Assembly (NCBI GenBank): GCA_045863235.1
Contig: BTUM01000010.1
Location: 32,001 to 96,000, forward strand
DNA: 64,000 nt
Source of the DNA: Candidatus Xenobia bacterium
GTDB lineage: Bacteria > Vulcanimicrobiota > Xenobia > Xenobiales > QWHO01
Direction of reading: 5' to 3'
The notes beneath the pieces were generated by a model that saw nothing but the letters and a program-made list of their open reading frames with translations, ran no database searches and was not told the origin of the DNA. The translations under genes and the position numbers were made by a program. Shown here in pieces: positions 19,523 through 28,494 of the stretch. Numbering within the stretch: position 1 is the first letter of the stretch; each line of letters opens with the position of its first letter.

Positions 19523-20208
19523 GGCGCCCGGCCGTGCTCCACGAAGTCGCGCACCCGGCGCTGTACCCTGGGCTCGGCCAGCAGCTCGTCGGTGATCAGA
19601 ACGCCTCGAGCCAGCCCCTCGGCCAGCTCCAGGCGCTCGGCCTGGCTGACGAAAGAACGCAGGCGCCCCGCGCCAACGCCCCGGGCCAGATCGCGCGACC
19701 AGCGTCGGGCCACTCGCTCCAAAGAATCCTCCGGGGCGATCTCATCCACCAGGCCACTGGCCTGAGCCCACTCGGCAGTCCGACTGCTCCCGACCATGGC
19801 CAGCAGTCGAGCCTTCTGAGGAGACATCCGTTGCAGCAAGACGGGCATGATGATGGCCGGCAACAGACCGAACAGACATTCCGGCAGCCCGAAGGTAGAG
19901 CGCGGCGTGGCCAGCACCAGGTCGCAGGCCGCGGCCAGGCCCAGCCCGCCTCCCAGAGTCTCGCCGTCCACCAGGGCCACGGTCGGCACGGGAGCCTCGA
20001 CCAGGCTGGCGAGACAGGCTGCAAAATCCTGCGTGCTCGGTGTCTGGCCCATCAGGGCAAGGTCGAGGCCGCGGCAGAAGATCCCCGCCTGGCCCTCCAG
20101 CAGCCAGATCCTGGCCTCCTCCGCGGCTGCGCGCTCGAGCTGGTGGGCCAGCCCGGCCAAGGTCTCGGGCGACAGTGTCGCCGGCACCTCAATGCGCATC
20201 AGCTCCAA
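19507..20208 (-). CDS. enoyl-CoA hydratase-like ECH1 (PksH-type beta-branching dehydratase)
   Basis: FCRGLDL, GGGLGLAAACDLVLA, FGLPECLFGLLPA, GLVDE; sits between HCS and ECH2. Confidence 0.85.
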   Translation of the reverse strand: MELMRIEVPATLSPETLAGLAHQLERAAAEEARIWLLEGQAGIFCRGLDLALMGQTPSTQDFAACLASLVEAPVPTVALVDGETLGGGLGLAAACDLVLATPRSTFGLPECLFGLLPAIIMPVLLQRMSPQKARLLAMVGSSRTAEWAQASGLVDEIAPEDSLERVARRWSRDLARGVGAGRLRSFVSQAERLELAEGLARGVLITDELLAEPRVQRRVRDFVEHGRAPWEKR

Positions 20209-21425
20209 CCATACTGGCGATAGAATTCGTGGGCACCGCGAAAGACGAGATAGCCCTTGCCGGCATAGTGTCTCTCGTACCAGTGGTCAAAGCCACTCGT
20301 GTCGGCCTCGAAGTCGCCGTCGTCGATGTGGGCCGTGCGCTCGCCCTCGGCCTGCTCATACTCCTCAACGCTGAGCCCATGGCGCTGGTCGAGCAACCTC
20401 TTGAGATCAGCGGCAGCTGCCACCGAGTGGGCCTGCGGGCCGAGCAGGCCGCTCCACATTTCCGAGCAGCACCCGGATCCGTAAGAGAACATCCCGATTC
20501 GATCCCCGGTCTCAAGCTCGGGGCACTCGTCCAGCAGGCCCAGCAGGCCCACGAAAGTGCTCGAGCCATAGGTTCCACCCAGGCGACGGATGTAGGTCAG
20601 CGAGGGTCGGGTCTTCTCGGCCCAGAGCTCATCCGCCTCAGATCGCTTGTAGCTGCCAAAGTGGCCCAGAGCCGTGCGCGTGGCCCGCAGGGTCAGCCCG
20701 CCGAAAGGCGCGTGGTAGACATTCTTTTTGAAGTAGTCGTAACCGACGCTCTGACCGAGCGTCCTGAGGTAGTCCGCCACAGCCATGTCCAGTGCTTCCA
20801 GATAACTGAGCAGGCTGGTCTCGCTGTTGCCGGTCTCTACCCGCGAGGTTGGCCGGGTGAGGTCCGAAACCTCGTTGGTGAAGATGCCGCTCTTGCCCGG
20901 CTCGATCTCCAAAAGGTCGGGCTCAGACGAGACCAGCAGGGCCGTGGCGCTGGCGCCCATCACGAACTCCCACGGCTTGCCAAAGTGGGCCCGGCTCTGA
21001 TCGGTCGAGATCACCAGAGCCTTCTTACCCGCCCCCCCGCTAGCCAGCCAGCTGGCGGCCATGTGCAAACCCGCGGTGGCTCCGTAGCACGCGTGCTTGA
21101 GCTCGAAGTTGCGGCAACGACTGGTCAGCCCCAGGTAGCGCTGGACCCAGGTGCTCATCGGCTTCTCCTGGTCCACCCCGCTCTCGCTGCCCACGATCAA
21201 GAGCTCGATCGAGGCCTTCTCTTCCTCGGTCAGCATGGGCAGGGCGGCGTTCACGGCCATGGTGACCGGGTCTTCCCAGGGTGGATTGACGCTGCGCTCG
21301 TCGATCATCATGACCTCGCGGATATTGGCCGGGTCGTGGTTGCGGGCCGCGCACAGGCGGTCCATGGGGAGGGCCATGCTGGCCGGATAAACCCGAGCCT
21401 TCTCGATGCCGACGCGCGAGCTCAT
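20199..21425 (-). CDS. HMG-CoA synthase-like 3-hydroxy-3-methylglutaryl-ACP synthase (PksG-type)
   Basis: EDPVTMAVNAA, SESGVDQEK, FELKHACYGATAGL, SLLSYLEAL, YHAPFGG, FSYGSGCCSE. Confidence 0.92.
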   Translation of the reverse strand: MSSRVGIEKARVYPASMALPMDRLCAARNHDPANIREVMMIDERSVNPPWEDPVTMAVNAALPMLTEEEKASIELLIVGSESGVDQEKPMSTWVQRYLGLTSRCRNFELKHACYGATAGLHMAASWLASGGAGKKALVISTDQSRAHFGKPWEFVMGASATALLVSSEPDLLEIEPGKSGIFTNEVSDLTRPTSRVETGNSETSLLSYLEALDMAVADYLRTLGQSVGYDYFKKNVYHAPFGGLTLRATRTALGHFGSYKRSEADELWAEKTRPSLTYIRRLGGTYGSSTFVGLLGLLDECPELETGDRIGMFSYGSGCCSEMWSGLLGPQAHSVAAAADLKRLLDQRHGLSVEEYEQAEGERTAHIDDGDFEADTSGFDHWYERHYAGKGYLVFRGAHEFYRQYGWS

Positions 21426-22162
21426 GGACCCCAGTCCAGCCCGCCGGTGACCGAGATGGCTTCACCATTGATATAGCTGGCGGCCTCGGAGCAAAGAAAG
21501 AGGATGGCTCGAGCCGCCTCGACAGGCTCGCCGGTGCGACCGAGCGGGTTGTAGGTTATCCAGAACTGCCGGTTGCCCTCGCTCATTCCCTCGCGGGTCA
21601 TGTCGGTCTCGATGAAACCGAGCAACACCGCGTTACTGCGGATGCCGCGGCGGCCATACTCCTTGGCCAGGGTGCTGGACAGACCGAGCAGGCCGGCCTT
21701 GCTGGCGGCGTAGGGAGCCTGACCGCTGATTCCCTTCGCCCCCATCGAGGAAACAAAAACGAGGCTGCCGCTTCGATTGGCCACCATGCCAGGGAGAAAT
21801 TGACGAGCCACAAAGAAAGAGCCCGTCAGGTTGGTATCGATGACCGTCTGCCAGGTTTCGTCCGGCATGTTGGCCGCCAGTCCGTTCAGGTTGATGCCGG
21901 CGTTACAGATCACCGCATCCACCCGGTCGAAGTCATCGAGCACCTGGTTTCCGACCTCATCGACCTGGTCCGAGTTGCGCACATCTAGAGGATAAGCCTG
22001 GCAGCGAGCCTCGGGACGGACCGCGTGGGCGGCTCGGATGACCTCCTCGGCCCGGTCGGGGCTGGTGTGGTAGGTAAAAGCCACCTCGTAGCCCTGACGA
22101 ATCGCCTCCAAAACGATGGCCTGGCCGATTCCGCGCGATCCCCCGGTGATGAAGACGTTCAC
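21422..22162 (-). CDS. 3-oxoacyl-ACP reductase (FabG-like SDR)
   Basis: TGGSRGIG, CNAGI, NLTGSF, GQAPYAASKAG, GFIETDMT; GTGA overlap with the KS. Confidence 0.9.
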   Translation of the reverse strand: MNVFITGGSRGIGQAIVLEAIRQGYEVAFTYHTSPDRAEEVIRAAHAVRPEARCQAYPLDVRNSDQVDEVGNQVLDDFDRVDAVICNAGINLNGLAANMPDETWQTVIDTNLTGSFFVARQFLPGMVANRSGSLVFVSSMGAKGISGQAPYAASKAGLLGLSSTLAKEYGRRGIRSNAVLLGFIETDMTREGMSEGNRQFWITYNPLGRTGEPVEAARAILFLCSEAASYINGEAISVTGGLDWGP

Positions 22163-23457
22163 GCTCCAACCTCCTCGGGCTCGGGGCGGCGTAAGATGGA
22201 CACCGAGTTGATGCCTCCGAAGCCAAACGAGTTCTTCATGACGTAGCGCATCGGATGCTCCACCACGCGCCCGCGGCAAACGTCCAGGTCGACCTCCGGG
22301 TCCAGCTCATCGATATTGATGGAAGGATGCAAGCGACCGGCGTTCATCTGCAGGATGGCTGCCACCGACTCCACCAGGGGGGCAGCCCAGCAGGTGTGGC
22401 CGAGCATGGACTTGGTCGCGTTCAGCTTGAGCTTGTAAGCGTGAGGTCCGAAGACCTTCTTGATGGACCGAATCTCGGTCAGGTCGCCGAGCGGGGTGGA
22501 GGTGGCGTGGGCATTGACGTAGTCGATCTGCTCCGGGGCCAGTTGGCAGGTTTGGAGCAGTCGCAGCATCAGCCTGGACTGACCCTCCTCGGAAGGCTGG
22601 GGCAGGTGGTTGCCGTCCGAGTTGCTCTCCACCCCGACCAGCTCGGCATGGATGCGGGCCCCCCGACGGCGGGCCGCCTCCCAGGACTCCAGCACCAGGG
22701 TGGCGCCCCCGTGGGCCGGCACGAAACCTTCCCGGCGGACGTCAAAGGGACGGCTGGCTCGGGTGGGGTCGTCGTTGAAGCTCTCAAAGGTAATGGCGCC
22801 CATCAGCGCCATGGCGTGCAGCTCCACCGGGGAAAAATCCAGCACCGCCCCCACCACCACGGCCACCTCCACCTCGTGGTAACGAATCTCGTCCACTGCC
22901 GAGCGAAGGGCGGCGTTGCCGCTCGCGCAGGCGCCTCCGATGGTGTAGATGGGGCCCATCACCGGCAGGACCTCGGAGATCGAGCCGGCATGATCGGTGT
23001 CAAGGCCCGTCAGAGCGAGCAGCGAGTCCATATAGTCCGGCTCTTCCTCGAACTGCAGCCGGTTCTGGTACTGGAAGTCGAAGTTGATGTTGTGACCGGC
23101 CACGATGGCGGCGATCCGGGATGGATCGATCTCCTGGCCGAACAGGCCCGCGTCCTGAAAGCCGTCCACCGCCAGCAGCATGGAAAGGCCGGTCGACCAG
23201 GGGGCGCGGGAAACCAGCTTGCGCAAGCGCTTGTGGACGTCGGCCGGAATCTCGCTGCTCAACCGGGCCAGTTTTGCCTTCACGTCGTAGTCGCTGAGGT
23301 CGGCTCCCACCTTGGAGTAGATCCGGGAGGTATCCCAGCGCTTCCAGTTGGAGAGGGCCGAGCGGCCCGCCAGCAAGGCCTCGAGGTAGCCCGGCAGCGT
23401 GTCCCCCAGGGGAGTGTTGATAGCCATCCCCGTGACGGCGATGCGCTCACTCCTCAA
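22159..23457 (-). CDS. beta-ketoacyl-ACP synthase, PksF-like but with the active-site Cys retained
   Basis: YTIGGACASGNAA, SRPFD.RREGFV, YVNAHATST.LGD, TKSMLGH, NSFGFGGINS. Confidence 0.9.
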   Translation of the reverse strand: MRSERIAVTGMAINTPLGDTLPGYLEALLAGRSALSNWKRWDTSRIYSKVGADLSDYDVKAKLARLSSEIPADVHKRLRKLVSRAPWSTGLSMLLAVDGFQDAGLFGQEIDPSRIAAIVAGHNINFDFQYQNRLQFEEEPDYMDSLLALTGLDTDHAGSISEVLPVMGPIYTIGGACASGNAALRSAVDEIRYHEVEVAVVVGAVLDFSPVELHAMALMGAITFESFNDDPTRASRPFDVRREGFVPAHGGATLVLESWEAARRRGARIHAELVGVESNSDGNHLPQPSEEGQSRLMLRLLQTCQLAPEQIDYVNAHATSTPLGDLTEIRSIKKVFGPHAYKLKLNATKSMLGHTCWAAPLVESVAAILQMNAGRLHPSINIDELDPEVDLDVCRGRVVEHPMRYVMKNSFGFGGINSVSILRRPEPEEVGA

Positions 23458-23953
23458 CCAGGTAGACCTCTTGAACCGAATACGAGCAGATCGTCTCCCG
23501 GCAGAGCACCTGTCCCAGGCACAGAGCCGTGTAATCGTTCCAATCGAGGATGCGGGCCAACAAGGTCAGCTCGCTGTCGGGGCCGATGGCCTCCAGATAC
23601 TCGGCGGTGTGCACCTTGAGGGCCCGCACTCGAGACGAGCGCCCCAGCAGATAAGGCAACAGGCACAACCCGAGCTGGCCCACCATCTCGATCTGCAGCA
23701 CCCCGGGATAGACCGGCTCGCCCGGAAAGTGGCCCGCGAACACGGGGTCGCTGGCAGACACGTAGCGTCGGCCCCGAATCGATTGCTCCTCGACGCCGAT
23801 GTGGGTGATCTCGTCCAAGAACAGGAATGGTTCGCGGTGTGGGAGCATCCGCTCGATCTCCTCGCGGCCCAGAAAGACCCCCTCCCCTTGCGGAACCCAG
23901 ATGGGCTTACGCCGGGCCGACTTACCGGTGGAACGCAGCTCCAGCGGGTCCAC
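23447..23953 (-). CDS. 3-hydroxyacyl-ACP dehydratase (FabZ-like)
   Basis: LPHREPFLFLDEI, FAGHFPGEPVYPGVLQIE. Confidence 0.9.
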   Translation of the reverse strand: MDPLELRSTGKSARRKPIWVPQGEGVFLGREEIERMLPHREPFLFLDEITHIGVEEQSIRGRRYVSASDPVFAGHFPGEPVYPGVLQIEMVGQLGLCLLPYLLGRSSRVRALKVHTAEYLEAIGPDSELTLLARILDWNDYTALCLGQVLCRETICSYSVQEVYLVEE

Positions 23954-24893
23954 TCAGAAGCTCCTCCACCAGCGTCGCCATTGAAGCACCAAAATCTCCT
24001 TCTGAGTCGGTCGTGTAGCGCTTCGGATCCAGCCACTTTCTTCCAAAGAAGTCCGTAAGCACCGATTTGGGGCCGGTTTCTACGAAGATCAAGTCTTTCT
24101 CCTGCCGAGAAAGGCACTCCATGGACTCCCTCCAGCGCACCGGATTCCAGGTGTGGCGAGACAGACAATCGATGAAACCGACGCGATCGGGCTCAGCCAG
24201 GAATTCTCCCGTCAGGTTGGGCAGATAGGGGCGCTCTGGGGTCCGCCAGCAAGCCGCCTCCAGGGCCGGCCGCAGGACCTCCCCGGTGGAGCGAAAGCGG
24301 GGCGAATGCATGGGCAATCGCTCCTCGATCACGCGCGACTGGGCATAGAACTCTTCCTCGGCCTGCAGGGCCAGTCTCTCGACCAGGTCGGCCTGGCCGG
24401 AGAGGACGCACTGGCGGGGCGTGTTGTACATTCCGATGCCCACCTGCCCGTCTGTCCTGGTCCGCTCCAGGAGCTCCTCGATCTCCTCGGGACCGACCGG
24501 AAAAACTGCCGTCATGACTCCCTCGGGACCCTCCTCATAGGCCAGGCCGCGAACTTCGAGGATGCGCAGCGCCTCCTCGAAATCCAGGGCCCCGATGTGA
24601 ACCAGGTGATTGAACTCGCCCAGGCTCAGGCCAGCCGAATACTCCGCCTCCAGGCCCTGCCGCTGCAGATTCTGCCAGTGCATGTGATTGGCCAGAAAAA
24701 CCCCCAGCTGGACGTCGCGGTTGCGCTCGAACACCGTCGGATTGTCGGAGCGAAAGTGGCGCTTGAGGTCGCGTCCGAGAACGTCCGAGGCTTGCTCGAG
24801 AATGGCCAGGTTGCGGGGATCCCAGGCCAGGAGGTGGTCGAACATAGCCGGGTATCTGGAGTTTTGTCCGGGGAAGAGCAGAGCGACGGGCAT
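23922..24893 (-). CDS. ACP S-malonyltransferase (FabD-like)
   Basis: LLFPGQ, AGLSLGEF (GxSxG), R in VRG, PMHSP, PVRW, FVETGP. Confidence 0.9.
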   Translation of the reverse strand: MPVALLFPGQNSRYPAMFDHLLAWDPRNLAILEQASDVLGRDLKRHFRSDNPTVFERNRDVQLGVFLANHMHWQNLQRQGLEAEYSAGLSLGEFNHLVHIGALDFEEALRILEVRGLAYEEGPEGVMTAVFPVGPEEIEELLERTRTDGQVGIGMYNTPRQCVLSGQADLVERLALQAEEEFYAQSRVIEERLPMHSPRFRSTGEVLRPALEAACWRTPERPYLPNLTGEFLAEPDRVGFIDCLSRHTWNPVRWRESMECLSRQEKDLIFVETGPKSVLTDFFGRKWLDPKRYTTDSEGDFGASMATLVEELLSGPAGAAFHR

Positions 24894-24966
24894 GGGGCTA
24901 ATGGGCTCTCGCTCGGGTCGTGCCCGGCAGCACAATCTGGCGACCGGGCCGCCACAGGCATTGCAC

Positions 24967-26235
24967 TTAGACCTGGACCCCCTTGAGCAAGCCTCTGCTG
25001 CGCATGGCCGGCACGATCACGTCGGCGATGATCCCGAGCGCCTGGTCCAGGCTCTCGCGGCTGTGCCCGGCCGTCACGCTGGCCCGGAAGCGCAACTGCT
25101 CGAGCGGGACGCTGGGATAGTCCACCGGGCTGACGAACAGGCCCCGGTCCCGGAGGGCGTGGCCCAGTTCGTAGAGCAAGGCCCGGTCGTCGCCGATCAC
25201 GATGGGAATCACGTAGCTGTTGGAATCGCCCGTATTCAGGCCCAGGCCATGGAGTTGCCGGCGGAAATAGTTGGCGTTCTCCCACAGGCGCTCTCGCCGC
25301 CACGGCTCTTCCCGGACGACCTCCAGCGCGGCCGACAGACCGGCGACCGTGGCCGGGGGCAGAGCGCACGAGAAGCCATAGGGATTGGAGTAGAAGCGCA
25401 GGTAATCGACGATCTCCGGAGTCGCAGCGGCAAAGCCCCCACACGATGAAAAGCCCTTGGAGAAGGTTCCATACTGGATGCCGACCCTCTGGCCGGCTCC
25501 AAAGTGCTCCACGACCCCCCCACCCCCGGGTCCGCAGCACAGGATGGAGTGGGCCTCATCGACCAGCATGCCCACCCGGTGGCTTTCGGCCACCTCGAGC
25601 AGGGCCGGCAGGTTGGCCATGTCGCCATCCATCGAGTAGATCCCCTCCACGATGACGATCCGGCGCTTGCCGCTCTCCCGGGTCAAGATGGCGTCCAGAG
25701 ACTGCGGGTCATTGTGCTGGAAGAAGGCCAGCCTGGCTCCCGATACCCGGACCCCGTCCACCAGCGACGTGTGGGAGCGCTCGTCGAGGACGGCGCAGTC
25801 CCCCTTGCGCAGCAGTCCGGCCACCGTCCCCAGCGCGCCGGCAAATCCGCTGTTGTAGGTCAACACGCCCTCCTGCCCGGTGAGAAGCCGAAGTCCGCTC
25901 TCCAACTGGTCGTGCAGGGTGGTTCGGCCCGAGAGGATGGGTGAGCCGCATGAGCCGGTGCCGAACTGATCGAGCGCGTCCTTGGCGGCCTGGATGATCT
26001 TTGGATGGCGCATCAGCGCCAGGTAGCCGTACGAGGCCATGTTGATGACCGACCGGGAGCCCAGTCGGCAGGTCGCTTCGGCAGCCGAGCCCAGGGAAGG
26101 CTCGTAGAGGGAGATGGCCCAGGCCACGTCGCGCCGCCACTTGAGGAAATCGGGCGGGGGAACCAGCGGATCGTCAGTCTCGGCCAGAAAAAAATCTGCC
26201 AGGCTGAACTTGTCGGATTCAGACCCTGAGTTCAT
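24967..26235 (-). CDS. PLP-dependent alpha-oxoamine synthase (serine palmitoyltransferase/BioF family)
   Basis: NMASYGYLAL, GTGSCGS..LSG, H.SLVDG, FQHND, EGIYSMDGD, LVDEAHS, GTFSK (PLP lysine), FSCALPP. Confidence 0.9.
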   Translation of the reverse strand: MNSGSESDKFSLADFFLAETDDPLVPPPDFLKWRRDVAWAISLYEPSLGSAAEATCRLGSRSVINMASYGYLALMRHPKIIQAAKDALDQFGTGSCGSPILSGRTTLHDQLESGLRLLTGQEGVLTYNSGFAGALGTVAGLLRKGDCAVLDERSHTSLVDGVRVSGARLAFFQHNDPQSLDAILTRESGKRRIVIVEGIYSMDGDMANLPALLEVAESHRVGMLVDEAHSILCCGPGGGGVVEHFGAGQRVGIQYGTFSKGFSSCGGFAAATPEIVDYLRFYSNPYGFSCALPPATVAGLSAALEVVREEPWRRERLWENANYFRRQLHGLGLNTGDSNSYVIPIVIGDDRALLYELGHALRDRGLFVSPVDYPSVPLEQLRFRASVTAGHSRESLDQALGIIADVIVPAMRSRGLLKGVQV

Positions 26236-26238
26236 GGC

Positions 26239-26505
26239 TCAGGAGGCCGGGGCTTGTTCCTTCTGAGCGACGGTCTGGTGCAGAATGTCGACCAGGGCGT
26301 CCAGATTGGTGAGTTTGGAGAGCTCAGAGCGAGGGATCTTGACCTTCAGCTCGCGCATCGAGCAGGAAACGATCTCCACGATATCCAGGCTGTTCAGGCC
26401 CAGGTCTTTCATGGAGCGGGAGGGGTCGATCTGCGCCTCCTGGATCTCCTCGGAAATCTCCATGATGTGCTTGTTGATGACCGCTTGAATCGCTTCCCTC
26501 GTCAT
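26239..26505 (-). CDS. acyl carrier protein (AcpK/donor-ACP-like)
   Basis: SMKDLGLNSLDIVEIV (GxNS attachment motif), LKVKIPRSEL. Confidence 0.88.
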   Translation of the reverse strand: MTREAIQAVINKHIMEISEEIQEAQIDPSRSMKDLGLNSLDIVEIVSCSMRELKVKIPRSELSKLTNLDALVDILHQTVAQKEQAPAS

Positions 26506-26711
26506 GATCTGGAACCTCCCGTACTCGTGGCGGGGACTTCAAAGGGTCGTGTCGGCGTTCCTTCCAACCAAAAGCCGATCCCGGCCGACGAAGGGAGGAG
26601 GGCGAGGACCAGCGCCCGGGAAGGACCAGGCGGTCAGTTGGACCTGGCCAGGGGCGAAAGGCCCGGTGGTCGCCACAGGAACTCCGTGGAAGGCCGCTAA
26701 ACTCCCTCGTT

Positions 26712-27410
26712 GTGCGAGCGGGGTTGGTAGTTCCTCGAACCATCTTTCAGACCTGGCGCAACAAGACTGCTCTGCCCCAGGATGTGGAGCCTTACGTGGC
26801 CCGTCTGCGGGACTTTTGCATCCAACACGGATTCGAGCACGTCCTGGTCGATGATGACGAAATGACGAGCTTCGTCCGTGATTCGTTCCCGGGCTATCTC
26901 CCGGTCTATAAGTCCCTGGAGACCGTGGTGGAGCGGACCGACCTCTGGCGCTACCTGATCTTGCTCCGGCACGGGGGCTTCTATCTGGACCTGGACTGCG
27001 AGATTACGGAGGCGTTCGGCCGCGTGACGGACCATTTGGACAAGCCCCTGGTCCAGGTTGAGCACGACAAGTGGCTCGACTGGGCTCGAGGCGTGTGCCA
27101 TCTTCCCCAGATTGGCCAGTTCTTTCTCGGTTTTCCCGCCGGGAGCCCGATCCTGGAGGAGGTCGTAGCGGAGGTGGTCCGTCGCCTCGAGCACAGACCT
27201 TACCGGAAGCTGGGCCGCTATCAGGAGATCCTTTTCACGACCGGACCGGGGGCCTTCGGAGAGGTCGTGTGCCGCCACCGAACCCGGGTCCACTTCTTTC
27301 GAGTCAACCAGTTGGTCGTCCACCATACGCGAGGAAACTGGGTGGGCGGGCTCAACCGGGGTCCTCTGCGATGGCTCTGGCGCCGCTGCTCTGTTCCCTA
27401 TGTCCGGTAG
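26712..27410 (+). CDS. GT32 (Och1/Sur1-like, DXD) glycosyltransferase
   Basis: VPRTIFQTW, DLWRYLILLRHGGFYLDLD, TTGPG, HHTRGNW. Confidence 0.85.
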   Translation: MRAGLVVPRTIFQTWRNKTALPQDVEPYVARLRDFCIQHGFEHVLVDDDEMTSFVRDSFPGYLPVYKSLETVVERTDLWRYLILLRHGGFYLDLDCEITEAFGRVTDHLDKPLVQVEHDKWLDWARGVCHLPQIGQFFLGFPAGSPILEEVVAEVVRRLEHRPYRKLGRYQEILFTTGPGAFGEVVCRHRTRVHFFRVNQLVVHHTRGNWVGGLNRGPLRWLWRRCSVPYVR

Positions 27411-27522
27411 GAGTGAGAGGGTCCCGGGCCACGGGGACGGTTGACCGGTCCCACGGACCAGGAGGGCTCGGGAGCACCAGCCAGCAGCAGGAAGCCCTGG
27501 CTCGAGCCCAAAGCCTGCCTCC

Positions 27523-28494
27523 ATGCGCATCCTGGTTACCGGGGGGGGAGGGTTCATCGGCTCGGTCGTGGTCTTGAAACTGCTCGAGCAGGGCCACCAG
27601 GTGCGCTGCTACCTGCGTGACCCGACTCGGGCCCAGCGATTGCAGGGACTTGATTACGAGACCGCGCTGGGGGACATCCTGGATCCCGTGGCCACGGGGC
27701 AGGCTCTGGAAGGCTGTGAAGCGGCGATCCACCTCGCCTGCATCTCGGACTGGAGTAACATTCGCTCGGGACGGATGCAGCAGGTCGTGGTGCAGGGCAC
27801 CCGCAACGTGCTGGAGGCGGCTCGCCGGGCCGGTTGCCGCCGAGCCGTCTACGTCTCCTCCAGCCTGGCCGTCTGCGCCAGTGAGACGCCCCGGGTCTTC
27901 GACGAGTCCTCCCCCGCTTCACCCCATCTCTCCAGCCTGGTTTACGCCCGGGCCAAGGTCGAGGCCGAAGGGTTGTGCCGTGCCTTCTGTCGGGACGGAC
28001 TGGAGGTCGTGATCGTGAACCCCTGCGAGGTCTACGGGCCCAGGGATGACCGCCTGGTGACGGCCGCAAATCTGATCGATTTTGCCCGAAGCTCCCCGGT
28101 ACTGGTCTGCGACGGCGGGACGTCGGTCGTCTTCGTCGAGGACGTGGCCGAGGGGATCCTGGCCGCCCTGCAGCGCGGCACAGCAGGAGAGCGCTACATT
28201 CTGGGCGGGGAGAACCTCACGGTGCGCCAGTTGGCGGAGCTTACCCTGGAGTTGCTGGGCCGTCAGCAGAAGATCGTCAAGATGCCGAACAAGCTGCTGC
28301 GACCCATTGCCTGGCTGGGCCGCACCCTGCGCCTACCGCTGCCATTCGAGCCGGAGGTAATCCCCTACGCCACGCTCTACTGGTTCATGGACAACTCCAA
28401 GGCGTGCCGGGAGTTGAACCTGTCCTTTCGATCGGCCCGGGACACCCTGGCTCCCACCTTGCGCTGGCTGCAAGAGAGCGGCCACATTCGCTAA
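27523..28494 (+). CDS. NAD-dependent epimerase/dehydratase (extended SDR, HpnA/dihydroflavonol-reductase-like)
   Basis: ILVTGGGGFIG, VYVSS, YARAK, VNPCEVYGP, VEDVAEG, GERYILGGEN. Confidence 0.9.
   Translation: MRILVTGGGGFIGSVVVLKLLEQGHQVRCYLRDPTRAQRLQGLDYETALGDILDPVATGQALEGCEAAIHLACISDWSNIRSGRMQQVVVQGTRNVLEAARRAGCRRAVYVSSSLAVCASETPRVFDESSPASPHLSSLVYARAKVEAEGLCRAFCRDGLEVVIVNPCEVYGPRDDRLVTAANLIDFARSSPVLVCDGGTSVVFVEDVAEGILAALQRGTAGERYILGGENLTVRQLAELTLELLGRQQKIVKMPNKLLRPIAWLGRTLRLPLPFEPEVIPYATLYWFMDNSKACRELNLSFRSARDTLAPTLRWLQESGHIR

Noticed and set aside
20199..21425. Mevalonate-pathway HMG-CoA synthase
   Set aside because: Flanked by ECH1/ECH2, KS and ACP with PksG-type motifs; no HMG-CoA reductase or mevalonate kinases.
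24967..26235. Calling the alpha-oxoamine synthase bioF (biotin synthesis)
   Set aside because: No bioA/B/C/D/H nearby; it has GTFSK and sits among ACP/FAS and ceramide-synthase-like genes. Not formally excluded without a phylogeny.
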